DNA of 64,000 nucleotides from Savitreella phatthalungensis (Eukaryota): assembly GCA_051599415.1 (NCBI GenBank), contig AP039702.1:62001-126000 (forward strand), read 5' to 3'. Shown in pieces: positions 63,466 to 64,000 of this stretch. Position numbers and translations under genes: made by a program. The notes beneath the pieces were generated by a model. The model worked only from the letters and a program-made list of their open reading frames with translations, did not search any database and had not been told where the DNA came from. Within the stretch, counting starts at the first letter, position 1. Each line of letters opens with the position of its first letter.

Positions 63466-64000
63466 ATGTTGCGAGGTCCAATCAAATCGTTGACTTCGAA
63501 ATTATGCACGAGATTCGTCTTCATCATCTTGAAAATGTGCTATGACGCACTTGGAGGATATCAAGGCATGGTCGCCATGGATTTCTCTCACGTCGTTGTT
63601 GGCGGAGGATGTATCGGTCTAGCTACTGCTAGCCGATTGGCTAGATCGCATGGCTCGTCTAGTGTCCTGTTGATCGAGCGGCATTTAAACATCGGTATGG
63701 AGACGTCTTCGAGGAACTCCGAGGTTATTCACGCAGGTTTGTATTATCCAGTCGATTCTGTCAAAGCTCGCCTATGTGTGAAGGGTAAGAAAATGCTTTA
63801 CGACGTGCTCAGGAAGCAAGACATTCCACATCGTCAGACCGGCAAATGGGTCGTTGCACAAGATTCCAAGCAGGTGGAGTTCTTGAACTCGCTAAAGCAA
63901 AAGGCAGATGCATTAGGCGTTCCGACCCGCTTTCTGTCTTCGCGTGAATGCTCTGACAGAGAACCCGATATTAGATGCGCAGAGGCAGCGCTCGAGAGTC
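63466..64000 (+). CDS. L-2-hydroxyglutarate dehydrogenase-like FAD oxidoreductase, 3' end runs off the window
   Basis: Hand translation: MLRGPIKSLTSKLCTR...DFSHVVVGGGCIGLATA...LLIERH..IGMETSSRNSEVIHAGLYYPVDSVKARLCVKGKKMLY. Alternative starts at 63535 and 63568. Confidence 0.88.
   Translation, partial: MLRGPIKSLTSKLCTRFVFIILKMCYDALGGYQGMVAMDFSHVVVGGGCIGLATASRLARSHGSSSVLLIERHLNIGMETSSRNSEVIHAGLYYPVDSVKARLCVKGKKMLYDVLRKQDIPHRQTGKWVVAQDSKQVEFLNSLKQKADALGVPTRFLSSRECSDREPDIRCAEAALES

Overview
Gene-dense eukaryotic (fungal) genomic DNA. The compact layout, sparse 43-54 nt GT-AG introns with CTRAY-type branch points 7-12 nt from the acceptor, an alpha-aminoadipate pathway gene (LYS4) and a complex I subunit suggest an early-diverging ascomycete, possibly Taphrinomycotina; this taxonomic call is inference. 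About 23 housekeeping genes are present, mostly as tight tail-to-tail pairs: CDS1, a thioredoxin-like gene, an HSF-family TF, MDH1, VNX1, LYS4, STU1/CLASP, a NUUM/NDUFC1-like subunit, MRPL3, HGH1, GCV2, AMPK-beta, an RKM4-like SET gene, ELP3, YPK9, CBF5, IRC5/LSH, MRPS35/bot1, APL3, CDC60, a Ctk2-like cyclin, SEC62 and L-2-hydroxyglutarate dehydrogenase. The wider intergenic gaps hold decayed transposons: two pogo/Fot1-type elements with TIRs and TA target sites, a Mutator-like non-autonomous element with a 9-bp TSD, a nest of ~420-bp solo LTRs and MITE-like relics. Main observations: (1) a stem-flanked box C/D snoRNA candidate in the long MRPS35 intron, with a guide complementary to a conserved LSU rRNA segment; (2) repeat-restricted CpG->TpG/CpA erosion, unlike classical CpA RIP, that has destroyed transposase catalytic residues, in a window that also encodes an LSH/DDM1-type remodeller; (3) a swapped TSD suggesting a ~1.1-kb inversion between inverted LTRs, plus a clean LTR-in-LTR insertion; (4) a lone in-frame TAA splitting the VNX1 reading frame. 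No tRNA, rRNA or CRISPR was seen. All comparisons were made by eye.
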